Assembly (NCBI GenBank): GCA_964016885.1
Contig: OZ024742.1
Coordinates: 71,052,001-71,116,000, forward strand
Direction: 5' to 3'
Length of the DNA: 64,000 bases
From: Eledone cirrhosa
Taxonomy: Eukaryota
Positions 1 through 13,800 of the stretch are shown here, in pieces; the first letter of the stretch is position 1, and each line of letters starts with the position of its first letter. The translations under genes were made by a program, and so were the position numbers. Under the pieces are notes generated by a model. That model saw nothing but the letters and a program-made list of their open reading frames with translations. It had not been told where the DNA came from and did no database searches.

Positions 1-89
1 CCTTCCTAACACCAACCTCATTTACAGTGAGTGCTGAGTGCTTTTTTTTGCCGTGGCACCTCCACGTCCACTTTGCAGTGGAATGATAT

Positions 90-232
90 GGACCCCAGTC
101 CCTATCATCTCATTTCTACAGCTGAGTAAACTGGAGCAATGTGAAATAAAGTGTCTTGCTCAAGGAAACAACACATCACCCGGTCTGAGAATTGAACTCA
201 CAACCTTTCGATTGCAAGGCCAATGCTCCATT
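90..232 (-). mobile_element. tRNA-headed SINE with CORE-like block
   Basis: The reverse complement has a B-box-like GAGTTCAATTC followed by CTTGAGCAAGACACTTTATTTCACATTGCTCCAG...CAGCTGTAGAAATGAG, similar to the CORE domain. Related copies at about 11492-11600 (+) and 55650-55820 (+). Confidence 0.65.
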
Positions 233-936
233 GGAGAATATTCTATTTCTTTCCCACCTTTGTAAATCATCCACATTCAAGGCCTCCATCTCATTACCAT
301 GCAGCCTCTCACTTGGTATCCAGCAGCATACAATCTGAGAAGCTACCATTGTTAGTAAAAATTTTAGAAGCCCCTTCAATGTTTTCTACCCTGACTTTAT
401 ACTGTTATTCATCATCATCATCATCACCGTTTTACGTCCGTTCTTCCATGCTAGCATGGGTTGTGTTATTATATTTTTAATACACTCACTGTCCACTAAT
501 TAGGTCACCTAGATAGGAAAAGCTATCAACTATGTCTAATGAGTCTTTAAGGTAGTTGATGGAATTTATTTCTTGTGTAATCTTACTTTTTACTACTCTT
601 GTACATCTACCATATATTAAATCTATCCATTACACCTTTTGTGTATCTACCATATATAAAGACTACCTTCTCTACCAGTTTACTGGTGATTCCATTACAA
701 TTCTTGTATATTCATCAGTTACACTGTGTATACCATTTTGAAATTCTACCTACTCTCGTTTTCCATGGTGAACATGGCCCTTTTCCTGATGGTAGCAGGA
801 TCTTGTTTTCTTTCTTACTTAACTAAAACTTCAGTTTTTGCATAGTTTGAAGCCACTTGATTCTAAAAATGTTTAAAGAGTCAGCTATAAGAACTGTCTT
901 CAGCATACTGGAATTTGCATGGATAGTCAGTCTTAA

Positions 937-1157
937 TCCTTTAACATTCACATTACTCTATATTTACTATTGTATTTTCACGGTAAAGTCTTTACTTCAC
1001 ATAATTATCTCATATAATATCGAATCTACGAGATTTTGATGTTATTTATTTTGAGAACAATACCTTAATGTCGGTATGAGTGGCTGGTTATGGCTGGTTT
1101 GAACAGAAAGAGGTGAGGAAATTCTGGCCGGATACGGCCGATTTAAATGCTAAAGGG
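937..1157. mobile_element. piggyBac-like MITE with TTAA target duplication
   Basis: TTAA flanks (933-936, 1158-1161) and TIR CCCTTTAGCATT-like...AATGCTAAAGGG. Same family at 10441-10624, 47910-48095, about 4370-4545 and 62090-62235 (truncated). Confidence 0.75.
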
Positions 1158-1582
1158 TTAAACTCCTGTTTTTGGCCTGCAAGACTAATAAGTAAGAAGC
1201 TGCTGAGAACTGTGCTTCTGTATATGGTTTATATAACCCTTGCAAGCCATTTATCTACCCCTAACTTCCTTGCTGACTTCCAGATTACAGATTAATTGCC
1301 AGGTATAGAAGCTGACAATATATATTCATCACTGTTTTTGTCTACCAAAGACATTGATAGACTTGAGGTTACAGTAAAAGGCATTTGCACAGTGGGGTGG
1401 AACTCAAAACCTTATAAGATTGCTAAGTGAACTTCATAAACACACTTCTATCAAAACTCTAGTCCTGTCTTTGTGCTGATGGTGTATGTGTTAATTAGTC
1501 AATGTTGAAAGTTCAGTATTTAAGCTTTTTTTAATTTGTAATTTATTTTATTACAAGAAAATATATTTTTATTTATTTTCAG

Positions 1583-4500
1583 AACATCGAGCTGCCTTAA
1601 TAAATAGCTCTGCGGATTCTTTAGAGAAAGTAGCAGCACTATTTGAAAAAGTTGTACAAAAGTTCCCAAATTGTATTGAAGCTAGGATCAAATATGGGCA
1701 AGTGAGTTGTTGGGGTTTTTTTTTTTACGTTCTTATTATTTTTGCTTAGAGCAGAGTACAAAACATAACAAATAGACTTCAATTGGTATTTTTGAGAATG
1801 TTCTTGATTGCTTTTTTTAGGCTAATTGCTTCTCACAAGTGACCAGCTTGTTGGAAGGGACATATTAACTGTCTGACAGTCTTTTAGGCCAATTACTTCC
1901 CACAAGTGACAGGCCTGCTGCGGGAGAGATATACTACTTGCTGGTGGAGGTGTCACCACATTTCTGGTAACAGGAAGTAGGATTTGAATTCAGAACCCCC
2001 AAAGCTGTTATGTATACCTCAAAGAATCCTGTCCAACTTTTTAATGATTCTTTTCATGGACTAATATTTTATTTATTCACCTTGAAATGATGAAAAGCAA
2101 AGTTGACTTCAGCAGAATTTGAACTGAGTGCAGAAATTGTGAACAAAAGATTTTTTTATTTTGGATCTCTATGTTCATTTCATACTTGATAAAGTATGAG
2201 TCCAGGGGCAAAGGCTTGGCAGGGTTGGTAGAGTGTCGGACAGAGCGGTTTGGGATATCTGTTCTGGCCCTGTGCATTCACTGTTCAAATTCCACCTCAT
2301 TGACCTGAACCAGCATATTTCCTATGGCTTCATCCAGGCTTCTATCACAATTTGAAGATGTAAAAATGTAATTTAACCCTTTCATTACCATATTTCTAAT
2401 GAAAGATATTGCCTATAATTTTCATTTAATTTTGAAAATCAAGAATTTGTGGAACTTAGTGATATAACTAACTTTCTCATTATTAAGGCGTTTAGAACAT
2501 ACCTTAACAAAGGTTCTTACATTAGATTATGATGTAATGTTTTTAGATAACTATTAACAGTTCTGTATGGTAAAGCCAGGTCAGTTTCAGGTTATTTGGT
2601 GTGAAAACAATTATATTTCATGAAATATTAACATTCTTCTTTGATATAATTTTTGTAGACACTTTTAGGTCAAAACAAACCAGAAAAGGCTAGACATCAT
2701 TTTGAAAAAGTCTTGGAGTTGGAGGAAGACAATGCTATGGCAACAGTATACATGGGGTGAGTTTTTTTCACTTGATCCTACCAGAAAATATTTGTGAGTA
2801 TGTTTGTGTGTCCCTGACCACTACTATGCAGTGGAGGTGTTGAGAGGGGGTATTAGAATTACTGCATTACATATCAAAAACTGTTACATTCTTCTCTTTT
2901 CTCTTGAATGAAAGATACTAACATACAATTATAAATAATGTTTTATAGTATTATTAAAAGTGCATGAAATGCCTATACCATCTAGAATATAGTCTTGTTT
3001 AATAAATCCTACTGTCTTCTTCCCTTCATAACTATGATATATACTTGGTATTAGTAGTATGTACTATATGATATATACTTAGTATTAGAAGCTTGTACTA
3101 TTTGATATACACTTGGTATTAGTAGCTTGTACTATTTGATATATACTTAGTATTAGTAGTATGTACTATATGATATATACTTGGTATTAGTAGTTTGTAC
3201 TATTTGATATATACTTAGTATTAGTAGTATGTACTATATGATATATACTTGGTATTAGTAGTAGGTACTATGATATATACTTGGTATTAGTAGTAGGTAC
3301 TATGATATATACTTGGTATTAGTAGTAGGTACTATGATATATACTTGGTATTAGTAGTATGTACTATATGATATATACTTGGTATTAGTAGCTTGTACTA
3401 TTTGATATATACTTGGTATTAGTAGTAGGTACTATATGATATATACTTGGTATTAGTTGCAAGTACTATGTGATATATACTTGGTATTAGCAGTAGGTAC
3501 ACAAAACATGCAAAAGTGTCTCTGGCTGACTGGGAACCAGGATTTCTGATGTGATAAAAGTTAAAGTAGAAACACTTATGATATGAAGTCCAGAGACTGT
3601 TCAGGACATAAACTAGATGTAGTTGACCTTTCTGTTAGATCTAGCTCTAGATAAATCAGGGTCTCAAACATGTGGACAGCTGGCCACATGGGGCCTGCAA
3701 TCTACTTTTCTATGGCCTGTAGCAGAACAGTTTTCATGACTAGTTAAGGCAAATTTGAAACTGAAAATTTACTCCTCTACATATGTGTATTCATTTTAAA
3801 TAAATAGCAGCCTATCAGCTGTATTACAGATTATAACTGGTGAAAATCATGCACACCCACCCTCTCTCATCTCACTTTTGGCCTGCTGTGTCTCTCCACA
3901 AGTATGTAATGGTCCTTTTGAGTCGTTGAGTTTGGGACTCCTGACCTAGAATAAAGAGAAGTTTAGAGAGTTATTGCCTTTGTTGGAGATAAGTTTTCTG
4001 TTTGTGCAAAAGGTAGACTATGAAGACTGACTAAAAAGTAACTAACATGTTAAAATAAGAAGAAATGACTTGCCATTAGGGTTAGTATCTTGTATTCAAG
4101 TGGAATTAGCTCAGCTATTAACAGTATATATTGCAACACTGTTTATTTTCCATCTATAAGCATGCTCAGCAAATATGAAAAATTTATTTTTTCTCTTACA
4201 GAGTCTTGTTACTGAATGAAGACCCAGACTTCGATAAAATTCGTTCTTACATTGAAAAAGCTATCAAATTGGATGATAAATATGAATATACTTATGAGCT
4301 GTTTGGTTCTATAGAAGTTCATAAGTAAGTTTTTGTTTTGTCATGTATTTCTTGTTTGCTTTTGGAATTTTAACTCATTTAAACTGGCCATATCTGATCA
4401 GAATTCTCTCTCCTCTTTCTGGTCAAACTGGCTATAACTGGCCACTCATACTGATGTTAAGGTATTGTTCTCAAAATAATATCAAAATCTCATTGATTTG

Positions 4501-5671
4501 ATATTGTGGGATAAAGCTTGTACCATGAAAATACAATAGTAAAAATACTGAAAATTGCTATTTTTTACCTATCACTTTGTATATCTGATCATGGATTGGT
4601 CTATCACAGAGTGGGATCTAGGGAACCTCAGGTTTCTGCCATGTAAGGTATCTTTTAATAAGAATGTATGTTTATAAGAATAAGTTCTCCCTTTAAAACA
4701 ACTTTTGTTTCATATCTTATTAACATTAGGGTGGTGGGGTTTTCTTTAAAATTGAATTTTGGAAAATTTGTATAAGGATCTCACAACAACATAAGTTTGG
4801 GAATCTCTGGTTTAAGTATTAGGAAAATATAAATGGTAAATGGCTTGAGAAAGTGGTCAAATGTTTGTATCTTGTCACCAGTAAAGTGTTGTGCCAGTAG
4901 AAAAAACATTTTCAATTGTCTAATCCATAGCACCATGAAGAAAAACACGGACCTCTGTATAGTAGAAGAAAAATCCTCCCAAACAAAACCTGCAATAAAT
5001 AGATTACCATAATTTTATATCCAATTTCTATGCTGGCATGGGCTGGACAGTTTGTTACTATCCAAATCAATTCTTATTCAGAATTACTGCCATCCCAGAT
5101 AGGCCAATTTTGGTATGGTTTCTATGTTTGTGTACCCTTCCTAATGTCACCCACTTTAGAGTGTACTGGGTGCATTATATTGAGGCAGTAGTGCTAGAGA
5201 TATAGAGATATATCCTCAACAACACTAAAGAATCCTCTCAACATTTGATCATCAACTAATTAATGTTAATAGCATATAAACAAAACCTCTGAGTTGTTTT
5301 AGGTGATGATCGGATCCACACCATCTTCACTTCCAACATTTTTGTTTCATGTAAATCCTGATTTGCAATATTTCTCAACACCATACACTTACTATGATTT
5401 CTTTCTCCACTGAATCAGTGTTAAACAACTATTTTAATTAATAAAATGATTAATTTATTGAAATTATTTGATTTTCTTTTCTATTTGCAGTGGAAATATA
5501 GAATCTGCAGTGACCAATTTCCACAAGGCAATTTCACTTTCTCGTAGTGATCAGGAAATTACCCACCTTTACACCCTACTTGATGCTACCTTGGCACAGC
5601 TGGAAGTATCACGGCGCCTGGGAAGCTTAGCATTAGATCAAGATCTGAATAATGCTTTGAAGTCATTATAA
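1583..5671 (+). CDS. TOMM70: Mitochondrial import receptor TOM70, last four coding exons (5' part lies upstream of the window or was not found)
   Basis: Exons 1583-1701, 2659-2756, 4202-4324 and 5491-5671 have AG/GT borders in consistent phase. They translate to HRAALINSSADSLEKVAALFEKVVQKFPNCIEARIKYGQ-TLLGQNKPEKARHHFEKVLELEEDNAMATVYMG-VLLLNEDPDFDKIRSYIEKAIKLDDKYEYTYELFGSIEVHN-GNIESAVTNFHKAISLSRSDQEITHLYTLLDATLAQLEVSRRLG..., colinear with the C-terminal TPRs of human TOM70 (KKFPRC, LEPDNA, KAIEID, GTIEVQRGN, HLYSL). AATAAA at 5724 and 6566. Confidence 0.9.
3031..3500. repeat. Minisatellite, about 32-34 bp unit, about 14 copies (TOMM70 intron)
   Basis: Tandem TGATATATACTTGGTATTAGTAGTATGTACTATA with minor variants and no unique spacers. 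Confidence 0.92.
3657..3943. mobile_element. hAT-like MITE
   Basis: Ends CAGGGTCTCAAAC ... GTTTGGGACTCCTG form imperfect TIRs typical of hAT/Charlie-type MITEs. No clean TSD. Confidence 0.5.
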
Positions 5672-7329
5672 CACTACTTCTATCATTATTTCTGCTGGTT
5701 CTTCTATAGTCTTAAGATACATTAATAAATTGAAATTACATAGAGAAAGAAAATTAATCAATTACGTTTTATAGAACCTTTGAAAAGAAGAGGTAAACAC
5801 TATATATATATATATATATAAACATACACACACACACATACATATATATATGTGTGTGTGTGTTAAAAGCAATACTGTTCAAACTTGATATTTTTTTAGG
5901 ACTATTTGAGTATATTTCCTGGTGAATATTTTGTTTTGTTTGGAACTCAGAATGATAGGCTTCTATATACCTAAGTCTATTAACATTTTGAAATGGTGTA
6001 GACTTAAAGAATGATAGTGTTCTAAATCAAACATGGAAAAATCTTTAAAAAGATCAAATTTGAACAGTTGTGTGTTTAATATATTTGAAAACACTGTTCA
6101 GTTTACCTGTTATACATACAACCACACACATATGTGTGTATGTGTATCTGTATATATATATGTGTGTGTGTGTATATATGAGTTAATAATTAAATAAAAT
6201 GTTAAAATAATGTAGCAACATGTAAAAACAAACTTACAAAGCCTCTTTGGTCTGTAAATCTTTCAATGTTTGAATGTGTCTCATTGAGAAAGCATAGAAG
6301 GTAATGAGCAGGCATTTTAAGCTAGATAGAATAGCTCAGCTGGTAACCCCTTTTCTTGATATTTTTTTTTTCTTTATCATAAATCCTTGGAAATGGTGTC
6401 AGTTTGTGTATGAATGTGGAAATAATACTGAAGATTGTTGTGTGTGTGTGTGTGTGCATGCAATTTTTTTTTTTTTTTTTTTTCTTATGTGCAACTCTAA
6501 TATGATTTATGTTGACTCTGACTGTTGACACTCAGAATTTGTTCTGGGGTTCTCGGTTGATATTTAATAAAGTATTAGATGAACATTGCTGTCTTGATTA
6601 TTTTGGAATGCTCTGAAAGTATAGTAGCTGGAAGAAAAACTGGAAAAAGTTAGAGCTACTACCTCTGTTGTTTATAAAGAAGTATTTTCTCCGAGCTAAG
6701 TGTAGATTGTATGAGGAGTGCTGTATTGCATGCTAGTCAGATAAGGACAGTGAATGCAGAGATGTATGGAGATTGGACAGAAATGAATTAAGCATGGTAC
6801 ATTGTAAGATATTAATGTGTATGAATGAGTTGTGAGAAAATTTCAGCATCATAGGAATGAAATGTGTGCAGGAAAGATGATTGTGCTGGTATAGACATGT
6901 AATGTATATGGATAATGATTGCAAACTGAAGAGAAGGAAGACCAGGAAAGACACTAGCAGAAGTGATGAAAGCTGACCTCAAGAAACTTCACCCAACAAC
7001 AATGGCCAAGGTGGAGGGATGCTATACTAGAGAAGATTCATTTTATGAATGTAAGCATAAAAATGTCTACAGATTGGTGGATGACAGAACTGTTAGTGTA
7101 TCAGACAAGCTGTGTACAGGATGGTGGTGGAATGATATACAAGCTGCATTCAGAGTGGCAGTGTCAGACAAGATGTGTACAGGGTGGTGGAGTGTCAGAG
7201 TTGTTCTGAGTTTGTCATGCCAAGATCGTTACCTTTCATCTTTCACAACACAATATCCAGTTGGCTTATGCACTCACAGGTGGTGTGTATAAGGAATTAG
7301 TGTGTAAATACGCGGGATCCCTATGGCAA

Positions 7330-8100
7330 TCATCGTTTAACGTCCATTTTCCATGCTAACATGGGTTAGACGGGCTGTCCCATTTGAGGCAAGTTGGATC
7401 AGGTGACCATGTCTTACTCATATAGAACTGTTTCTATGGCTGGATGCCCTTCCTAACGCCAACCTCATTTACAGTGTGCTAGGTGATTTTTGTCGTGACA
7501 CCTACACAACTACTTCAATATGGACTGGGTGCTTTTTGTCGTGACACACCATTTTAGTGTGGGCTGGATATGTTTTGTTCAGTGTAAGGGTGGTGTGGAC
7601 TTGAGTAAATGGGTGGGAGTGTAGTGATTAAGAGGTGCCTTACTAAATGTATGTTTGAGTCTGTGCGCGCACATGGGAAGGTGTCTTCTGTATTACTGCA
7701 TAATTCCACAGATCTCGATCCTCTGTCATTGTCTTTCAGAGGTTCAGTTGCGTATGGTCAGCTTTTATCACCTTGTCCCAGGTCTTCCTACTCCATAGCT
7801 TCCATCAATTTTTATTGCCCTGCACCTTTTTATACAGCTGTCATCCTTCATACACATCTGATCCCTCTTGTACCTAATTCTCTTAATTTATTTATGCTTT
7901 GCCGTCTGTGTATATTAATTATTACACATCCATCGGAGCATGCATGCTTCATTTCTTTCCAGTCTTTGCAGATCCTCTGTACACAGTGCCAAGGTCTCAC
8001 TACCATGTAGCATTGCTGTTCGTATACATGCATCATATAATCTGCCTTTCATTTTAAGGAAAAAACCTTTTGTAGATAGTAGCAGCTCTCTGAACTTTGT
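7330..8100 (-). mobile_element. RTE-clade LINE 3' fragment with repetitive 3' tail
   Basis: The reverse complement matches the 60297-61150 copy (YDAC.RTA.LHGSE.W region, then the GGATGCCCTTCCTAACGCCAACC block and a (GAT)n end). Confidence 0.75.
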
Positions 8101-8487
8101 TTCTCTGTCCCATTTTTATATCATAAACACCCACAAGTGCAAGCATAAATATATATATATATATACATATCTGTATGCATGAGAGAACAAAGATAGGAAT
8201 GTTATAAGTAGCATGTGGAGTGACTGTAGGAAGGAGTATACGTGTATGATGTGGCAGTGTGCATAGATGGCTAAATCTTATGTCGGATCAATGAATCCAA
8301 TGAGGTGGATATAAGTGTGTGTGTGATGAGGAATGGTTGGGTGGTGTAGTGTAAGCCATATCTCTACCACCCAGCAGCTATAGCTAACAATCATTTAAGA
8401 TAATCTACAACCTTTCAAAATAATAATTACAACAATACAATATATTTACAATAATTTATTACAAACTAATTTCAATTGACCAATTAT

Positions 8488-10778
8488 TTAATCCCATTTG
8501 CGAGATGTGTCTTTATAATCCCCATCAGGTGGTTCGTAATTAGTAATAGCAGCTGTTCGCACAGGTCCTTGGTGGGTGAAAGGTATAAGTTGTTCATCAA
8601 TCTAAACAAGTAAAAATAGATCATTAAATATTTACTATATGACAAAAACATTTTTTTTATTACTTAGTCAGGAGGAAGAGCAATGGGAGGTAGGTTTCCT
8701 CAAACTAGAGACCTGGCTCAAATGCTTGCAAGAAAATAGAGTTTACTAAAGACCCCTCACCCCAAAGGCAAGGTGGTGGTATTAAAAAAAACAGCAGATT
8801 GATTCAGATTACCAGGGAAGGATATAAACACCATATGGCTAATAATTTCACTGTTCCACCACTCTGGGCATCTATTTTATTTATCAGCCATTATTTATCA
8901 CAAAAGGTAAATTTGACTTTGGCAGGATTTGAATCTGAATACAAGGAGTCAGAATAAAATACACCTAGTACACTCTTTAAAGTGGTAGTGTTGGTACCAT
9001 AAAATGCATCCAGTACACACATGACAAGAGAAGTATGAAGCCATGATTAATAGTTAATAATTTCCCCTGACACATAATTATGGAAACAGCCAAGTATTTA
9101 GTAATATAACTAACTTTGATATTATTAAGTTGGTATTTGGAACATAAAGGTTCTTACATAAATTTGTGATGGAAGGTTTTAGATAAATATGAATCACTTA
9201 ATGTAGTATCACTAAGAGGTGACTGAAAGAATTGGTGTCAGGAAAGGTATCCAGCTGTAAAACATTCTCAAACCATTCCATCCAACCCATGCTAGCATGG
9301 CAACATGGTGATAAAAGATTTTTCTTTGTTGAGAGATGATGGAAACAATGGTTGAATTGTCAAGAAATTTGCTTGGTAATCATGAAGTTCCAAGTTTGAT
9401 CTTACTGTATAGCACTAATGGCAAGACTCATTAGCCTAGGGTCGACCGAAAATGAGTAGATGGAAACTGGAAGCCTATCAGCTGGACTGTCTATATAATT
9501 CAAAGGGCCAGCCTTATTGCATAGTATCATGTTGAAACTCCCTGAAAATTCTGTCCATGGAATACTCAGCCACTCTTTGTTGAAAGTGACAGAAGTCTGT
9601 TAATCTTATTGAGAAATGATACAAGTCCATTCCAATTAATTACTGATGATAAATTATTTTTTGGGAACACAGTAACCTTTGGGTTTGTTGAAGACCTGAC
9701 AACCTCTCTAGTGCAGCTGCTACAATAAATTGCACTCAATACAAAAACCATGGCAAGATATGGTATCCTACCATCTTTTCTCAGACAACCCAACACATGG
9801 AAAGCAGATGTCTGATGATAAAAGTGTCTATTCTCCACTACTACCATCATAATTGTCATCAATATCATTTTTTATGTCCAATCTTCATGCTAACATGACT
9901 TGGACCTGTGTCAGGGAACCACATCTTACTCATACAGCCCATATTTTGCCATAGTTTCTACAGCTGGATGTCCTTCCTAGCACCAACCACTTCGTGTGTA
10001 CTGATTACATTTTATCATGGCACCAACACTACCACTTTACATAGTGTAAGTATCAGGTGCATTTTATCATGGCACTAGAATTACCATACAAGAAGAAAAG
10101 AGTAGTGTAAAGCCAAGTTGCTACCTACCTGGATAGCTAACTGATAGAGTTCTTCAGATTGTTGTTGCAGTTCAGTTAAAGCTTCTTTCTGTGCAGCTGT
10201 AGCTCTATCAATCGCTGTCATGTCTTCGTGGAATTGTTTGCTCTGATAAACTGACCAAGCTTTTTTCATTAGGGTTCGATTTTCTGATTCTTCAAATGAC
10301 AGCTTTGGCTTAACACGGTACCTAACACTTAAAACATAATAAACAAAAATAATGTACAGTTAGAGCCTTTATATAAACTAGATGCCTCTATAACCCTTGC
10401 AATAAACTATAAGCATGACAAGTTATCTCCCTTCTCTTAACCCTTTAGCATTCACATTACACTATATATACTACTGTATTTTCATGGTAAAGGCTTTATC
10501 TCACATAATATCGAATTTATGAGATTTTGAAAGTATTTATTTTGAGAACAAAACCTTAACATCAGTTACAGCCAGTTTCAACAGAAAGAGGTAGAGAATT
10601 CTGGCCGGTTTGAACATTAAAGGGTTAAATAAAAAAAACAGCGGGGTTGCCTCCTTTTTTCACATGTTACAGACAGTTGGAGAAACAACTTTTCTTTTCT
10701 AATATAAATTACACAATTAAAAAGAGACTCTTGCAAACTTTTATCTATTTATCTGTATATATACCGATAAATCATGTC

Positions 10779-10810
<32 letters not shown>

Positions 10811-13800
10811 TATCATAACAATCATCATTATCGTCACCACTACCACCACCAAAATCACCATTATCATCGCAATCATCATTATCACGACCACCATTATCGT
10901 TATCTTTAAAAGAAACAACTTACTTCATTTCTTTCCGTAACTGAAAATTTATTTGGATTTCATCAACAGGTTTTAATTTTTGAGAATATTTTTCAAGTCT
11001 TTTTATCTGTTTTTCAATCTTCTTCCTCTTCCTTTGTTCGCGATGCAAAATCACTTGGATATCAGTCCTCCTCTTTTTTTTCATTGGAGCTCCACTACAA
11101 TGGAAACATTTATAAGGCAAGCTGAAATCTTTGCAGCAGAATAATGAAAATATTCACTTTTCTTTCATAAGAAATAGACACAGTTTTGTTTTTTTAGTTA
11201 ACCTTTTCATTATTATATTTCTAGTGAGAGACACTGATTATGTCATTAATTTTTTCATTACCTTATATCATGTGAAAGATACTGATTGTGTCAATAATTG
11301 TTCCCTTACCATATTTATAGTGAAAGACACTGATTATGTCATTAATTATTTCATGTGAAAGACACTAATTGTGTCATTAATTGTTTCATTACCATATTTC
11401 TAGTGAAAGGCACTAACTATAATTTTCCAATCATACAAAAAATACAGAATTTGGAGGGATTTAATAATATATTACATGCTGTAAAAAGGTGTATGGCTCA
11501 GTGGTTAGGGTGTTGAGCTCTCAATTATAACATTATGAGTCTGATTTCATGACTGAGCAAGACATTTTATTTCAGCAGAGCTGGAAAAAATGACTTGCAA
11601 TGACACGGGTAGGTACCAAGCTGTATAGGCCTTTAGCTTTCTCCTGTACAATATCTGGCCAAAGAGAGGGAAGACTGGCATGCATGAGCAACAACTGATA
11701 TATAAAAACAATTAATCTGGACAATTCTCCATTTATGATTATATCTGATAATATTAACAGAATATCTGTGTTTATAAATAATAAAATCATTAAAAAGTTT
11801 AAATTCCAACAAAAACAAAAAGATAGTCATGCTGGCATAGGTTGGGCAACACTTTTTAAAGCCATATTCTATAGTCAGATACCCTTCATTACATCAACCT
11901 ATACTTTATTTCTAAGAATGATATGTACCACTGATATTTATCTAACTACCAAACTGGAGAACATAAATGTCACTGCTTATTAAAATAATTGTTTCTACTT
12001 TTGGCACAGCCAGCAATTACCCAGTGCATTACTGGTACTTTATTTTATCGACCCCGTAAGAATTAAAGGCAAAGTTAACCTCGGCGGGATTTGAACTGAG
12101 AATAGCAAGGGCCGTAACTCTATGCGTCAAAGCATGGCGTCCGACCCTCTACCGATACTCCCAATCCACCGTCCTATTAAAATAATGCCACATGCACATA
12201 TATGTACACATGTATATATACACATGTACAGATATACCTATACCCATGTATATATAAATATGCACATATACATGTGTACATATGCACATATACATATAGA
12301 CATGTACATATACACATATATATACCATATATACTTGTGTATAAGTCACACCTCCATTTTACATACATTTAAAATATACTATACATTTTAAATTAAAGAT
12401 TACAGCTCCAGAAGATAAGTTACATGTTGATTTTTCATGTATTTTTGTGGGAAAGGTTGCACCACTGCCGCCGCCCTCACGATCACCATCATCATTACTA
12501 TTTTATGTCTATTTTCCATGATTGCATGGCTTACATATATGATGTGTTTCCACAGTTTCTGTTCACTAAATATATTTGCAAACCATTGGTCAGACTGATG
12601 CTAACCAAATCCACTCACAAACCATTGGTTACCCTAATGCTAAACAAATCCATTGGTCAGCCTGATGTTCACCAAATTCACTTATTAGCCGTTGGTCAAC
12701 CTCAAACTAACTTTACTCCCTGGCCATTAGTCAACCTGATGCTAAAGTAGAAGACACCTGTCCAAGCTACCATACAATGTCCTAAATTCTTTTATCATCA
12801 AATTTAACAATTTTTCATTAAGACCACACCTCTAACTTTTAATGTATTTAAACTTTATGACTCCTCACCAAAAGAAAAACCTGTAACTCATCAAAGTCTG
12901 ACTATAGGGAATTAACAGAAGTTATTTCTTGGAATGTAACACAACCCAACATGACAGTACTAACAATAAAATATGATGACACCTACTGAAGAATATTAGT
13001 TGTGTGGAAATATAAAGGAGTTCCTTGGCTGTGAAATAGTCTTGCACATGGGGAAATCAATCTGTAATACAGGAAAAGAAGAAAAAATAATTAAATTAAA
13101 TAAAAGTAAAAGATTTGAATAAATCTGAAAATTTTATATTCAGGTGTGTTATGGAAATTTTTGGTCATTAGCCTATAAACAAAAAGCACCCAGTCCACCC
13201 TGTAAGGTGGTTGTGTTGGTGACACAGCGAAAAAACACTCAGTCCACCTTGTTTAGATGGTCGTTTTGGTGCCATGATAAAAAGCACCCAGTTCACACTA
13301 TAACGTGGTTGGCATTAGGAAAGGCATCCAGCTGTAGAAACAGCCAAAATACAGATCCGTGAGCAAGATGTGGCCAGCAGACCTGACTTGACTTATAATG
13401 TGATAACCCATTTAACCAATGCAAGAGTGGAAAAATAGGCGTTAAATGATGATGATGATATTCTTTTTTGTATCAGTCATGTTGTATATTCCAAATAGGC
13501 AACTTATGTACACTAACTGACAACCAACTGTTCTATTGCTCCATGATGATGTACAACATACAGAAACAATAGCGTGGCCTCAACCGGAACAGGTAAAAGA
13601 GTAAACAGGCTTGTCTATGGATATGGAAACATCATCTTCAACATCAACGTTTTACACTTCCATGGGTTGGATGGGTCCTTTTCAGCACAGCATCTCTCTA
13701 CTCACTATGTTCCTTCGTCATCTCTGTGAGATCAGCTCTTACCTAAAGTTTCCCCCCACTGGGATTTCCTGGCTCTGCCTTTCTCTCACATTTACATTGC

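Noticed and set aside
3031-3500. CRISPR-like regular repeats of about 33 bp
   Set aside because: Units are head-to-tail with no unique spacers, sit in a eukaryotic intron and have no cas genes nearby. This is a minisatellite.
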